A stretch of DNA of 64,000 nucleotides, from the NCBI GenBank assembly GCA_000002445.1, contig CM000207.1, positions 1,600,001 to 1,664,000 on the forward strand. Direction: 5' to 3'. This document shows positions 11,882-22,320 of this stretch, piece after piece. Both the position numbers and the translations under genes were made by a program. The stretch comes from Trypanosoma brucei. Taxonomy: Eukaryota. Position 1 is the stretch's first letter; each line of letters begins with the position of its first letter. The notes under the pieces were generated by a model, which was not told where the DNA came from, made no database searches, and saw nothing but the letters and a program-made list of their open reading frames with translations.

Positions 11882-12883
11882 TTATTTCTGAGCGGCACCC
11901 TCTCCTTTGCCTTGTCGAGCGCAATCATCGCACACCTTAACAGCCTCTGTAAATCCAACGGATGGGATGGTTGCCAGAGCTCCACTGCATTTGGCACACA
12001 CCAGCCGACCACAGTTACGGCAGTGATGCCGAGAGAAGCGCCCAATCGACCCACGGCAAACCATACAAGTGGTGGTAGAGTCATCCGGCTGCCAAACTTT
12101 TACGCGTCGCTGCTTCTGACGGAAACAAACCGTGCATTCCCACAAGGACGGTGGCAAACTAAACTTTGTACCACATTCAGGGCATTTGGGAGCATATATG
12201 CGGTTAAACAAGTCTTTGTTCACCTGTGAAGGGCCCTTCGCAGTGTGTTGAACCTTCTTTTGTTCTATAGTTTGTTTCACCTCACAAAACTCCAACGGAT
12301 GGGAGGCAACATATTCTTCCCAAGCTGCCTTCTGCGATTTTCGTTCCTCTTTGCGTCTTGCTTCTTCTGCAGCCAATGCCTCCTCCTCTGCCCGAAGTTG
12401 CCGTTCCCGCTCCCGTGCCTCACGACGGAGTCGGCGCCTCTCTTCCTTTTGTCTCCTTTCCTCTTCCCTAGCGAGTGCTGCCGCCTCCTCTGCAGCTTCC
12501 TGCTCTGCTAGCGCTGCGGCTTCTTCAGCTGCTAACTCTTCCTCTCGTCTCTTGCGGCGTTCCTCTCGGCGCCGCTCCCGTTCCTCTTCCTCTTCCCGTT
12601 GCCGCCTTTCCTCTTCTTCCTGTTGTCGCCTCTCCTCTTCTGCCTCCTGCTGCCGACGGAGTTCCTCCTCCTCCTCACGTTCCCGTTGCTGACGTAACAA
12701 CTCGGCTTTACGTCGCTCCGATCGTTCCCTGCGTTCCTGAAGGGCAGCACGAAGTTCACCCCAAATTTTCTCCGCATGATGGTCAGTGGCCATTTCGCTG
12801 TATATTTTTGCCATGTCCATTACTGAGACATGCTCGAGAAGGGCCATCTCATCCTCGGAGATATTCCCCTTCAGCGCCTTCAA
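11882..12883 (-). CDS. FYVE zinc-finger protein with a long E/R/K-rich charged helical repeat region
   Basis: C-terminus CMVCRGSIGRFSRHHCRNCGRLVCAKCS...VKVCDDCA contains the FYVE signature R(R/K)HHCRxCG plus flanking Cys pairs. An upstream CPECG...CTVC zinc-ribbon-like motif is present. The central ~120 aa are almost pure E/R/A/Q (EEERRQQEEEERRQREEEEERERRREERRKRREEE...). Confidence 0.75.
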   Translation of the reverse strand: MKALKGNISEDEMALLEHVSVMDMAKIYSEMATDHHAEKIWGELRAALQERRERSERRKAELLRQQREREEEEELRRQQEAEEERRQQEEEERRQREEEEERERRREERRKRREEELAAEEAAALAEQEAAEEAAALAREEERRQKEERRRLRREARERERQLRAEEEALAAEEARRKEERKSQKAAWEEYVASHPLEFCEVKQTIEQKKVQHTAKGPSQVNKDLFNRIYAPKCPECGTKFSLPPSLWECTVCFRQKQRRVKVWQPDDSTTTCMVCRGSIGRFSRHHCRNCGRLVCAKCSGALATIPSVGFTEAVKVCDDCARQGKGEGAAQK

Positions 12884-13268
12884 CAGGCGCTGAACGGGTT
12901 CTCCGAGATCCTCAAACCGGATAGTGCCTTTGGTGGACAGTGCGCCTGGTGGTATGAACTACCTTGTGAAAAGATACGGAGAATGAAGGCTGAAAGCAAT
13001 GAAACAGTTCACAATGAACAGGTGAAATAAGGAAGCGGACAAGCAATAATACACACACATATGTATTTATTTATTTTTTTTAGAAACTGGTAGTGAAGGG
13101 TAAACAGGTGTTACAGGGGGTCATATTCATTTTTTAAAAAAAAGTACACACAGAGGGAACAAACGCCATGATGTACACGTAGATCATAAGACCCTTCTGC
13201 CTCCTCTCCCCCTTTCTATTCCCCTTGGGTTCGCGAGCGTAAGAGTTACAACTTATTGTGGGACAAAC

Positions 13269-14159
13269 TTATTTGGCATCTTTTTCACTTTTCATATTAC
13301 TACCAATGTTACTCGCTGCCGATGCCGCAGTACTCCTCTTCACCCCCGCCCAAATATAATGACCGGTGTATAACCTACTGGAAAGACGGAAGCTTAAATG
13401 TAATTGACGTGAGGCAAAAGTCTTAAGAACGTCTGGACACGCTACAATATGCCGCATCTCTATTTGTGAAACACCATGGTTAAGCGCACATCTTGACAGA
13501 TCAGCGGGTGGAATAAACTTGGCCCAGTCGTGCGTTCCGGGTTCCACTATGCCAGTGATATGTTCCGCCACGACAATAAAGCTCAATGCGGTAAAAAGTG
13601 ACTTATCCATGGTGGAAATTACAAGCACGCCACCGGGTTTTGTTGCTGCGCAAATATCGTGCAAAAATGCCGCCGCATCGCTCACGTGTTCAATTACCTC
13701 CGAAGCCACTACAAGTTCAAATTGCCGTCCTTCTCCCTCCACCACCTCGTGAAGTGGCACACAACGATATGCAAGCGATGCTTGTGGAGTAATATCACGG
13801 AGAACTCGCTGACGCCGCTCCTCTGCTACGGCAATACTTTCCTTACACATGTCAATGCCCAATACATCACCACCTAATCGTGCAATGCTCTCAGAAAGAA
13901 TACCTCCACCACAACCAACATCCAATACACTCATTCCTGGTCTTATTCCTGCTGTAGCAGCCAAGTCGGATGGAGTAAATGCGCACCGGCATGCCTTATT
14001 TATGAACTCAACGCGTACAGGATTGAATTGATGTAATGTACGTAAGGGACCTTGCGGGCACCACCAATATTTCTGCAAGCGACTGAACTTAGAAATCTCA
14101 GCAGCTGATACGCCGCGAGCCATTGCTGAGGACATGTGAAAACACCACGAAACCGACAA
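13269..14159 (-). CDS. COQ3: Ubiquinone biosynthesis O-methyltransferase (COQ3/UbiG family, class I SAM-dependent MTase)
   Basis: AEISKFSRLQKYWWCPQGPLRTLHQFNPVRVEFI matches the UbiG/COQ3 N-terminal block. VLDVGCGGGILSESIARLGGDVLGIDMCKESIAVA is the SAM-binding motif I. ELVVASEVIEHVSD and KPGGVLVISTMDK match motifs II/III and the KGTHDW-type block (GTHDWAKFIPP). Confidence 0.8.
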   Translation of the reverse strand: MSVSWCFHMSSAMARGVSAAEISKFSRLQKYWWCPQGPLRTLHQFNPVRVEFINKACRCAFTPSDLAATAGIRPGMSVLDVGCGGGILSESIARLGGDVLGIDMCKESIAVAEERRQRVLRDITPQASLAYRCVPLHEVVEGEGRQFELVVASEVIEHVSDAAAFLHDICAATKPGGVLVISTMDKSLFTALSFIVVAEHITGIVEPGTHDWAKFIPPADLSRCALNHGVSQIEMRHIVACPDVLKTFASRQLHLSFRLSSRLYTGHYIWAGVKRSTAASAASNIGSNMKSEKDAK

Positions 14160-17100
14160 ATAACAAATAATAGCCGTGGTAATATACCAAACTATAATAA
14201 TAATTATTATTATATATAGATGGATATATATAGATACAGATACAGATATATGCTACTGATATATTCGCTATGAACTTTCTTGTAACTAACCGCGTAGGGG
14301 CGCCGGATTCTTCTCTTTTTTTTTTCCTTTTCACCTTCCCCCCCTACCTTTTTTAGTCAAAAGTGCGAGGGTGATAATCACCTAACATTTAAAGGTGTCG
14401 CAACCATAGGGAGGAACAGAGAAAAAAAAGGCACAAAGACATTAATATATGAATAAATATATGTGAGGAGAACGTAGACAGGAGCAGAGGAAAAAGAAAA
14501 TAATCGCGAATAGTGAAGCAATCGAGATACCGTTACGGGGAAGTGTAAACGCATCGCCGTAAAAAGTCTACATTTTATCGTTTCTTTTCAAAAATTTTCT
14601 TCACCCTTCGTATTTGTGGGCGCGTGTGTGAGAAATTAGTTTCTTGTGTATCTCTCTCTCTCTCTCTCTGTGTGTTTGTTTGTTTGTTTGTTTTATTGCT
14701 ATTATTACTTTTTCCCCTTCCTTTTGTCTTCGCGCCCTTTAATCGGTATCCCATTCAGAGGGGGGTTTTCCTCTACGTGAAAGTTTAAAAATCCAAATGT
14801 GAAGCGGTAGCGGCGAAAGTTATGGTAACACCATTACCGAAATGACAAACAAGAAAAATACAAATAAAATCAAGTAATAGACGATAGTAAGTGGTCAAGG
14901 TTTTTTCTTTTCATTTTCAAAGAAAAAAAAGAAAAAAAGAAACTAAAAGAACGAAAGAGTAAACACACTAGATGCTTTTAATCGACTCCTTCGGGGGTAT
15001 TGAAAAATAATAAAACACCGCTCGAGAGGATGGGAAGGGGAGGTATAAAAAGAAGCAACTCATCACACTCGAATTTTTTACTTTTATCCGTTTTCATACA
15101 AATGCATGGACATATATATATATATATATACGCAACAAGACAAAACAAGCACAACGTATCGTATCGTATACCGTCGTATCGCCTCCATTTTTCTTTTTTT
15201 TCCCCTGCTTCTGCTGCTGCTACTGTTTTTGTTGTCTGTCTGTTTTATTTGTTTTATTTTGCTTCTACTCTCGTAGCCTTCGATTCCACTCGCCTTCCGT
15301 TACCTTCTGCCAAATGTACGAAAAGAAAAAAAGGAAAAGAAACGTTTTACAACAATCCTTCTCACGAGGCAAATTCACACGTATCATTTCCCCCCTCTCT
15401 AACCACTTCTCCTTTTGTTTATATATCTATTTATTTATTACCACGCCTTTTTCCACCTTATGTCCTCCGAGTTTCCCTTCACCGTATACATATATATATA
15501 TATATATATATATTCCCAATAGTTTCTTTGATCCCACACTCTTTTTTTCTTTTCCTTATCCTTTTTTTTCTCTAACAATGGAAAAGAATTATCATCGCAG
15601 CCACCAGGTAGCGACGAAAAAAAAAACAAACAAAGAAACAAAAGAAGAAAATAACAACAACACCAAAAGTGTCCAGAAAATAAAGGGGAGGGGAGGAAAG
15701 AAAAAAAAGAATGAGTAAAAATATTTAAAATATTTAATGTCATCCGTAAGAACATGCCATAAGGAAGGTTTGGAAAAAAAAAATGAGATATTCGGGATGA
15801 TGAAGTAACCGGCACCGCTTAAGGAGGTAAAGAGGTAACAAAAGATTGAGAGAAGTGAAAAAAAAATGAGGATGAAAATGTAACGAAAAGGGGAAAGAAC
15901 AAGAAGGAGAGGAAAGGGGAGAAAAAAAGAGAGAGAGAGTAGAAAACAAAACAAACAAACAAACAATAATAATTATTATTATTATTATATTAATTAAGTA
16001 CACCCATGCACAGGAGGGAAGGGAAAGGGAAAATATGATGGGGTAAAGCCGCTGTATTCCACTCCTTATAGTTTTAAAACTTATGTACATTCACAAAAGC
16101 ACGCATTCGTGTGGTACAATAAGTCAAGTTTGGAGCGAATAGGAAAGGTGGGCAGAGAAGATGTAACGAACAACGAAGATAAATGGAAGGGGAATTTTTT
16201 AAGTGAAGGAAGAAAAGAGGGAGAAAACAATTCATGCGCACTGCTCGTTTCTCCATTTACTTTTTTTGTTGCTGTTGTTTATTAATTAATTTCTCTTTTA
16301 TTACTTCTTTCCGTTTAACGGAAGAAATATAAATATATACACAAGAATCCCCCCTTTCACATTACTAACTGGAAAAATAATTACTTGAGCAAGTAGTATT
16401 AGTAAACACACACCTTTCTAATTTTTCAACAAAAAGCGCAGAAATAAGATATAATACCGATGGTAATTTAATTGATCATAGAGCTTACTTCGCTTAATGA
16501 CGCACCGACCTTCACAAACATACACTCATGTATGAAAGTTTACGTTTGTTTTCACACAAAAATGTAACTGAGAAAACAAACAAAATTCGAAACCGTACAT
16601 AAATTGTTACTCACTGCAAGAGCCGAAAGACGACCACTCCCAAATATAAACAAACATAAGCGTAAGCGCAAACGGACAATAAAAACGAGTACATATACAT
16701 ATATACATATATATATATATGATCTGTATGCATAATGATAATAATAGTAACAGTGACTTTTATACAGTAGCTACGCACGGACTCAGTTGCCGTTGCAGCG
16801 CGTCTAACTGTACATTCAATATATAAAAAAGGTAAAAAAATATTTAAAGATAGAAAAATGGCATGTCGTTGATAAGTATTGGGGAACGCCTTAAATCTAA
16901 AGTACGCAAAAGGGCCACGAATCCCTGACCGGGTACACACGCACAACCAAAGAGAACTACAAGAAAAAAAACATTGTTGACTTACGATGTTCGAGTCTGT
17001 ATTCACAGAGCCGTTGCGTACCTGTTATTTAAAAACGTTGTTGCGACATTGTTTGCTTGCTTCTTTTTTTGTTTTTTTTGTTATTGTTTTCGCCATCGTT

Positions 17101-17386
17101 GTTATTGTGACAACGTCTATAAGTATAAGCACGCACAAAAAACACATGCACACACAAATGGCGATAGTACGGAGCTGCAGCAGGAAGGAGAAGTAACTGT
17201 CATTAATCGACTCACCGCAGTCATTTTCCACGACAAAAAAAAAAAGGAACTGCAGCACTAAAATGACGTGCCACCAGTGTCCTTTCCTTCCCTTTACTTC
17301 ATTTTTACCTTTTTCTTTGTCTGTCACTCTCTCTCTCTCAAACACACACGTCGCCGGATTCGAACACAATCAAATCCATTCAATAC

Positions 17387-18271
17387 TTACAGAATTCCTA
17401 ACGCAGAACACCACGCTGCCTTCTTTGCAGTAATACCTACGAGCGTCCTGTCCGTGATCATTTCCGGTCGTACATTTGCGCGCCGGAGGGTAACAAGCGC
17501 CTGCAAAGCCTCAGGATTTTGAAGACAACTGCCCACTTCAGCAGGACAACATTGATGAGCCGCTATAACACCTATTGCAGGAGACCGAAGTATCATATGT
17601 GAAATACGCCCAACATTCCCTTCTAATCGCGCAGTGAAGGGAACATTCAAAATAAGTGAAGGAACTGGCGCCTCCGTGTTGCCGCCCGTCTGCACCAAAC
17701 ACCTGCTCGCTGTTGCTGTTGTGTTCCCCAATTCATTAATATTATTAGTAGAAACCTTTGTTGCATCACACTCAGACGGGGAGGGACATTTCTCAAGACT
17801 GTGCGTAACGGGCTGCGGGCACCAGCCAAGAAATGGACGAGTATGTGCCAATACAATAGTTCCTTGAAACTGACAAGGATCAGCAGCACCACTCGTCGTT
17901 AAGTGCCGTTCCACTTTCACATGTTCAAAGTCGAATCCACAAAGAAGAGTAATGAAAAAATCCTCTACGAGTTTTGCACCACCCACCTGCCCATTAACCT
18001 GGCAGGTGAAATCGCTGTCATGCGTACGCATACCACTAAAAGTTTCACCAAATCCATATGTATGTAAGTCAGGTCCCTTAACGCCTTTGCAAAAGGGGCT
18101 CCAAAACCGCTGCATCACACGCCCCATGTCGAATGGATTGTGCGGTTCTTGCAGTGGACAGCGGACGACACGCGTACGCCACGACATGTTATGCCGAAGC
18201 AACGGAGTTGCCGAAACAAAAAACGGTAGCGGCCGCAGTGGAAGTTTCAATGAGGGAATCCGGAGAAACAA
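17387..18271 (-). CDS. Hypothetical protein (294 aa). The true start may be an internal Met (e.g. MSWRTR...).
   Basis: Non-repetitive ORF of normal composition in the transcription-unit sense. No recognisable domain. Confidence 0.45.
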   Translation of the reverse strand: MFLRIPSLKLPLRPLPFFVSATPLLRHNMSWRTRVVRCPLQEPHNPFDMGRVMQRFWSPFCKGVKGPDLHTYGFGETFSGMRTHDSDFTCQVNGQVGGAKLVEDFFITLLCGFDFEHVKVERHLTTSGAADPCQFQGTIVLAHTRPFLGWCPQPVTHSLEKCPSPSECDATKVSTNNINELGNTTATASRCLVQTGGNTEAPVPSLILNVPFTARLEGNVGRISHMILRSPAIGVIAAHQCCPAEVGSCLQNPEALQALVTLRRANVRPEMITDRTLVGITAKKAAWCSALGIL

Positions 18272-19754
18272 AAAGGGACGGCTGGTGCCGATATTTTAAT
18301 ACTTATTTATAGATTAATTGATGTCTGTTCACTAAAGTTAAGCCCCGTATATTAACTTTTAGTTGCTGTTTTTTTTTCCCGGTCCGAAGTGCTTGGATGC
18401 AATTTACCCTCTACTATTATGGGAACAGAGTAGTAGTTATTGTTATTTCTACTACTCGTCTTATCCTAACTCCACCAAGCCACAACCCGTTCTGTCAAAT
18501 TTTCTTTGTAACCTCTTATTTTTTTTTCCTCTATTCTTCCGTAACTATGGGAGAACAGCTGTAAATAAATATATATATATATGTAGTATATATCAGGCAA
18601 TGCACCTGAGCACTACAAGGCTACACTGATATATTCCCTATAAGTTTGCGAAATAGGTGTAAAATCCCCGCCGCGTACCGTAATTCAGGGCGGATGAAAA
18701 CACACAAAAGAAAACTATTGATTTCACGTTTACTTTCCGCATGCAACAACGCAAAATAAAAGAAAACAATAAGAAACAAACAATAAAATGTGGGAAAGAA
18801 AGTTAATGGCGTATACTTTAGGTAAATTTCACAACATGAGCAACCAATAACAGGCGACAACAGCAGTAAAGTAATACTCCGTTCCCACTCCTAATACAAA
18901 GTAGCGAGACTCAGAATGTGGTGAACGAAGGGCAGAGGGAGCAAAAAACGCTGTCAAACAAGAATAAAGGAAGGATAAAACTTTTTTTTTTAATAAAAGG
19001 GGGAGAGCAAGGGAGAACAACCATATAGAAAGAAGATAATAATGATAACAATAAATAATAATAATTTATTTATTTATTTTTTGGGGGGAAGGGCAGCGCT
19101 GCGTAGCAGGTAGCCTATGTGTAACTTTCCATTTGAAAAGAAGTTCCGCTATCATAAGTGAATTAAAGTACACATGGCGCCTAAGGAACCACGCCCCTCC
19201 CTCTCGTGTAAAATAGTCATGTGAATTGGAAATAATAAGACTGTACACGCGGCGCAGTGGAATATTTTCTTTGGTTAATTTGCTCTCCTCTTCGTTTGTA
19301 CTTTCTTGTTGTTGCTGTTGTTTTTTTTTTGCTTCTTTTTTTTCCGTACAAATTCTACTTTCCTCCCTTTCCACTTCAGGAACCCCATGTATGATAGTGA
19401 TGTCGTAGTACTTTCTTTGGTTTTTTTTTCCCCTCCCTGTCAACTTCCAGCGTACACACGGTATTTCACCCGTCACTGACCTCCTTCCCAAAAATTATTG
19501 CCAGAGTGCTTGTGAAACAACGGAGAAAAAAAACAAAGAGGTATCGTATCCTGACAGTGGCCATATTGTCGTGGACACCGTTATGTAAAGGGTCATGGTT
19601 GCACGTTGAAGCAAAAAAAAAAAGATGAGAAGACAAAAAGTAATCAACAGAATGAATAAAAGGAAGTCGGTAACCATGGGGAAATACCGGCTGTTGATTG
19701 GAAGAAACACAGATGATAATTATTTGAGTAACAACTTAACTACCCCCCGCCCGT

Positions 19755-22022
19755 TCATTTCAGCAAAGGGTAGTTTGTGTAACTGACACCATCCTTCAGG
19801 ATTCTAGAAATTGTTAAAGCAATATACGACATCCAAAAAATCACAAAGAACAAAATCTCACCACGCATCCAATACCGTGGCACAAACAGCATCGAGAAAC
19901 TCACAAGGGTCGCTAGCACTGCAGCTGCCATACCACCAAGTACCATTCTGTTGAGCCCTGAAAAGTTACGGGAAAATGGACTCTCAAATTGAGTGTGGAA
20001 AAGAGCAGGATCATGCTGACACGTGAGTAGAGAAACGGCATCCTGTTTCTGTCCATCAAAGAAATTTTGTTGCCACCAGCGGCGCAGTGCGATTCGCACC
20101 ACATCAAACGTGGCCGGTCCCCATTCCCCAGTTAGTAGAAAGTCCACAAAATGGGGGTCGCTTCCAGCGTACAACCTGGAAAGTGAAATTCCCAGTTCAA
20201 CCCACATATGCTTACATCTCTCTACGCTGCAATGAAACTCACCATTCCCTCGCGCTCCGTCACTTCCATCATCCTCATCTTCATACTCATCCTCATCGTC
20301 ACTGAGGTTCATTTCTTCCCCATGCCCAAGTACATACCTAATCATCTGAGGAAGAATGTTAATAGCAATCATGGACTGAACAAGGTTTGTCCGATCCAAG
20401 CAATCCAAACAGTTCACCCGAACGTAATGTTTCTGCTGGTGGACAAGAACCAACTCGCAAGTCGCCCCGTCAGCATCAGCGGTGCTGGGAACAGATGGAG
20501 GCGATGACCCACTCGATGGAGACGGATGTCCTTCATTGCTAAACTTCCAAAAATCTACGAACTGCGATCCACCTTCGTTTTTCCTATTTAGCAGAGTATC
20601 AACTTCCATTCGCATTAAGTTGTAAGGCGCATTTTTAGCCCTCCGTTCCTTTACGTTGTATTTTGTATAATAAACGTCAACGGGCCTTGAGAGAGCGCCA
20701 TTCCCTTCACGAAGTTTTAATGCCGCTGCTTCGAACGCCTTTGAAATTGGCAACTCGGCTTTGCTAAGCGACGTGGTGTCAAGACAATGGATAGATGTCA
20801 TCCCATCGAATAAAGCCAAAAGGGCATTTAAATGCAAGACCAGTTCATCAACCCCTGACGATGGCGAAGATATGGTAATCGTGGGGATGAATGTTAAATT
20901 CGCTGGCTGACTCCAGCAACGAGGCACAGAACCACGAAGAATGGTAAAGGCTGCCACGCGCTGCTTTTCATTAGCGGCCTTATCCCCCTCGTTTCCCGAC
21001 GCTAAAGGAAAGACCCAAAGCGTTGATGCAGAAAAGTTCGCTGCAATCCCACTACCAGCATTGTCAAGCCCACGCCGATTGTATCGCGTACCCGCCCACC
21101 GGTAACTAAGGCGATTGATGAGCAACATCTGAACACCCTCCTCGGGGGAAGTAGTCGCCTCCACAATACCCCTAATAAACGCAGGAACGTACACGTGGTA
21201 ATCACAATTCAGCGAAGCTACAACCTCATCAAACGCACCAAGCAGAGGCGAATTCCACTGGAAAACCACCCGCTGCGATATTTGTCCCTCGGAAGAAATC
21301 GCTAAAGAAAAGGCGCCACCACCCTTCACGCTGCTGCCATTCAACGACGGCGTGAGTACCTCCTTCATACCCTTCACAACATCACCAGGTTCCAGGGTTA
21401 AGTTCGCAGTCGGTGAATAGTAAAAATAAGAAGCACCGCAATGTTGCTCCGACTGCGCACAAAAGCTATCGACAACCCTACAATACTCTAAAACCATTTC
21501 TTCCCTGGCATGGCTTTGTGAAGAACCCTGCGAAGCGCTTGCTTCATCTTTCTCGCCTGAACCACCATCACCACCGTCCCCACTCTTATTCACGGACAGG
21601 TCAGACGCTGTTTCCGGTAGTCGAAGCCACGACAGCTGCTTTACCGCAAACACGTCGTGGGTCTCCCCAATAGTTAATGTGGTAATACGTTCCCGTTCAG
21701 AAACATACAAAAGTATCGACGCAGAGCCAATGCGAAGAACACCAAATAAAGCATAACAGGGAATACAACGGACCGGTGTAAACTCTTCAAATCCAGAGGA
21801 GGAAGCATCGGACATAACTCCATCATCAACCACATCACAAACCGCCTTTTCAGAATCTTTGCTAACATGAGAAACGGCATCATCCGCAGCCACATTACTC
21901 GGCAACACGAAACATTGACGCTCCAAATTCCAAATAAGTCTGGGATAAGAATCATCATTAGGGACAAAAGAGGCAGATTCACCATCAATAACGATATTTC
22001 CAAAAAAATCCCCTACAGACAT
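19755..22022 (-). CDS. SAC1: Sac1-type phosphoinositide phosphatase (SAC domain) with C-terminal transmembrane anchor
   Basis: Catalytic CX5R(T/S) motif in VRVNCLDCLDRTNLVQS. Upstream block RLSYRWAGTRYNRRGLDNAGSGIAANF is characteristic of the SAC domain. Two hydrophobic helices lie at the C-terminus (MVLGGMAAAVLATLVSFSMLFV, ILFFVIFWMSYIALTI). Confidence 0.8.
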   Translation of the reverse strand: MSVGDFFGNIVIDGESASFVPNDDSYPRLIWNLERQCFVLPSNVAADDAVSHVSKDSEKAVCDVVDDGVMSDASSSGFEEFTPVRCIPCYALFGVLRIGSASILLYVSERERITTLTIGETHDVFAVKQLSWLRLPETASDLSVNKSGDGGDGGSGEKDEASASQGSSQSHAREEMVLEYCRVVDSFCAQSEQHCGASYFYYSPTANLTLEPGDVVKGMKEVLTPSLNGSSVKGGGAFSLAISSEGQISQRVVFQWNSPLLGAFDEVVASLNCDYHVYVPAFIRGIVEATTSPEEGVQMLLINRLSYRWAGTRYNRRGLDNAGSGIAANFSASTLWVFPLASGNEGDKAANEKQRVAAFTILRGSVPRCWSQPANLTFIPTITISSPSSGVDELVLHLNALLALFDGMTSIHCLDTTSLSKAELPISKAFEAAALKLREGNGALSRPVDVYYTKYNVKERRAKNAPYNLMRMEVDTLLNRKNEGGSQFVDFWKFSNEGHPSPSSGSSPPSVPSTADADGATCELVLVHQQKHYVRVNCLDCLDRTNLVQSMIAINILPQMIRYVLGHGEEMNLSDDEDEYEDEDDGSDGARGNGEFHCSVERCKHMWVELGISLSRLYAGSDPHFVDFLLTGEWGPATFDVVRIALRRWWQQNFFDGQKQDAVSLLTCQHDPALFHTQFESPFSRNFSGLNRMVLGGMAAAVLATLVSFSMLFVPRYWMRGEILFFVIFWMSYIALTISRILKDGVSYTNYPLLK

Positions 22023-22029
22023 AATTCAC

Positions 22030-22320
22030 CTACAACTAAAAATAAAAAACAATAAATGTCAAACTATTTCCTAAGGGGTAAAGATAATTATGCACTCACC
22101 AACATAAATCTCCAAAAAAAAAAGGAAATATAAATACAAGAAAAAGCAAAAAAAAAACAAAAACTCGCTACAAACAAAACAACTACATAAAATAGAATAA
22201 ACAAAAAATTAAAAGAACAATATAACAAACATTATCCAGCGGAAAAAACAAAGACTTACACAAAAAAAAAACATCAAACAACAACCTAATCCACAAAGCA
22301 AAAAGTTATTTTCAAAAAAG
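22030..22320 (-). promoter_or_regulatory. Long poly(U)-rich tract on the minus strand, upstream of the Sac1-like gene. Probable splice-acceptor / UTR-processing signal region. It directly abuts the start of the tandem array.
   Basis: + strand 22030-22320 is >75% A (aaaaaaaaaggaaatataaatacaagaaaaagcaaaaaaaaaac...). Confidence 0.4.

Noticed and set aside
15000-16090. Low-complexity ORFs 15000..15575(+), 15314..15718(+), 15438..15815(-), 15592..15966(-), 15740..16090(-); likewise 47056..47637(+), 47793..48215(+), 48442..48796(+)
   Set aside because: Translations of CT-rich or GA-rich intergenic tracts (F/L/S/P- or K/E-rich). The overlapping frames are all open, which is characteristic of non-coding low-complexity DNA.
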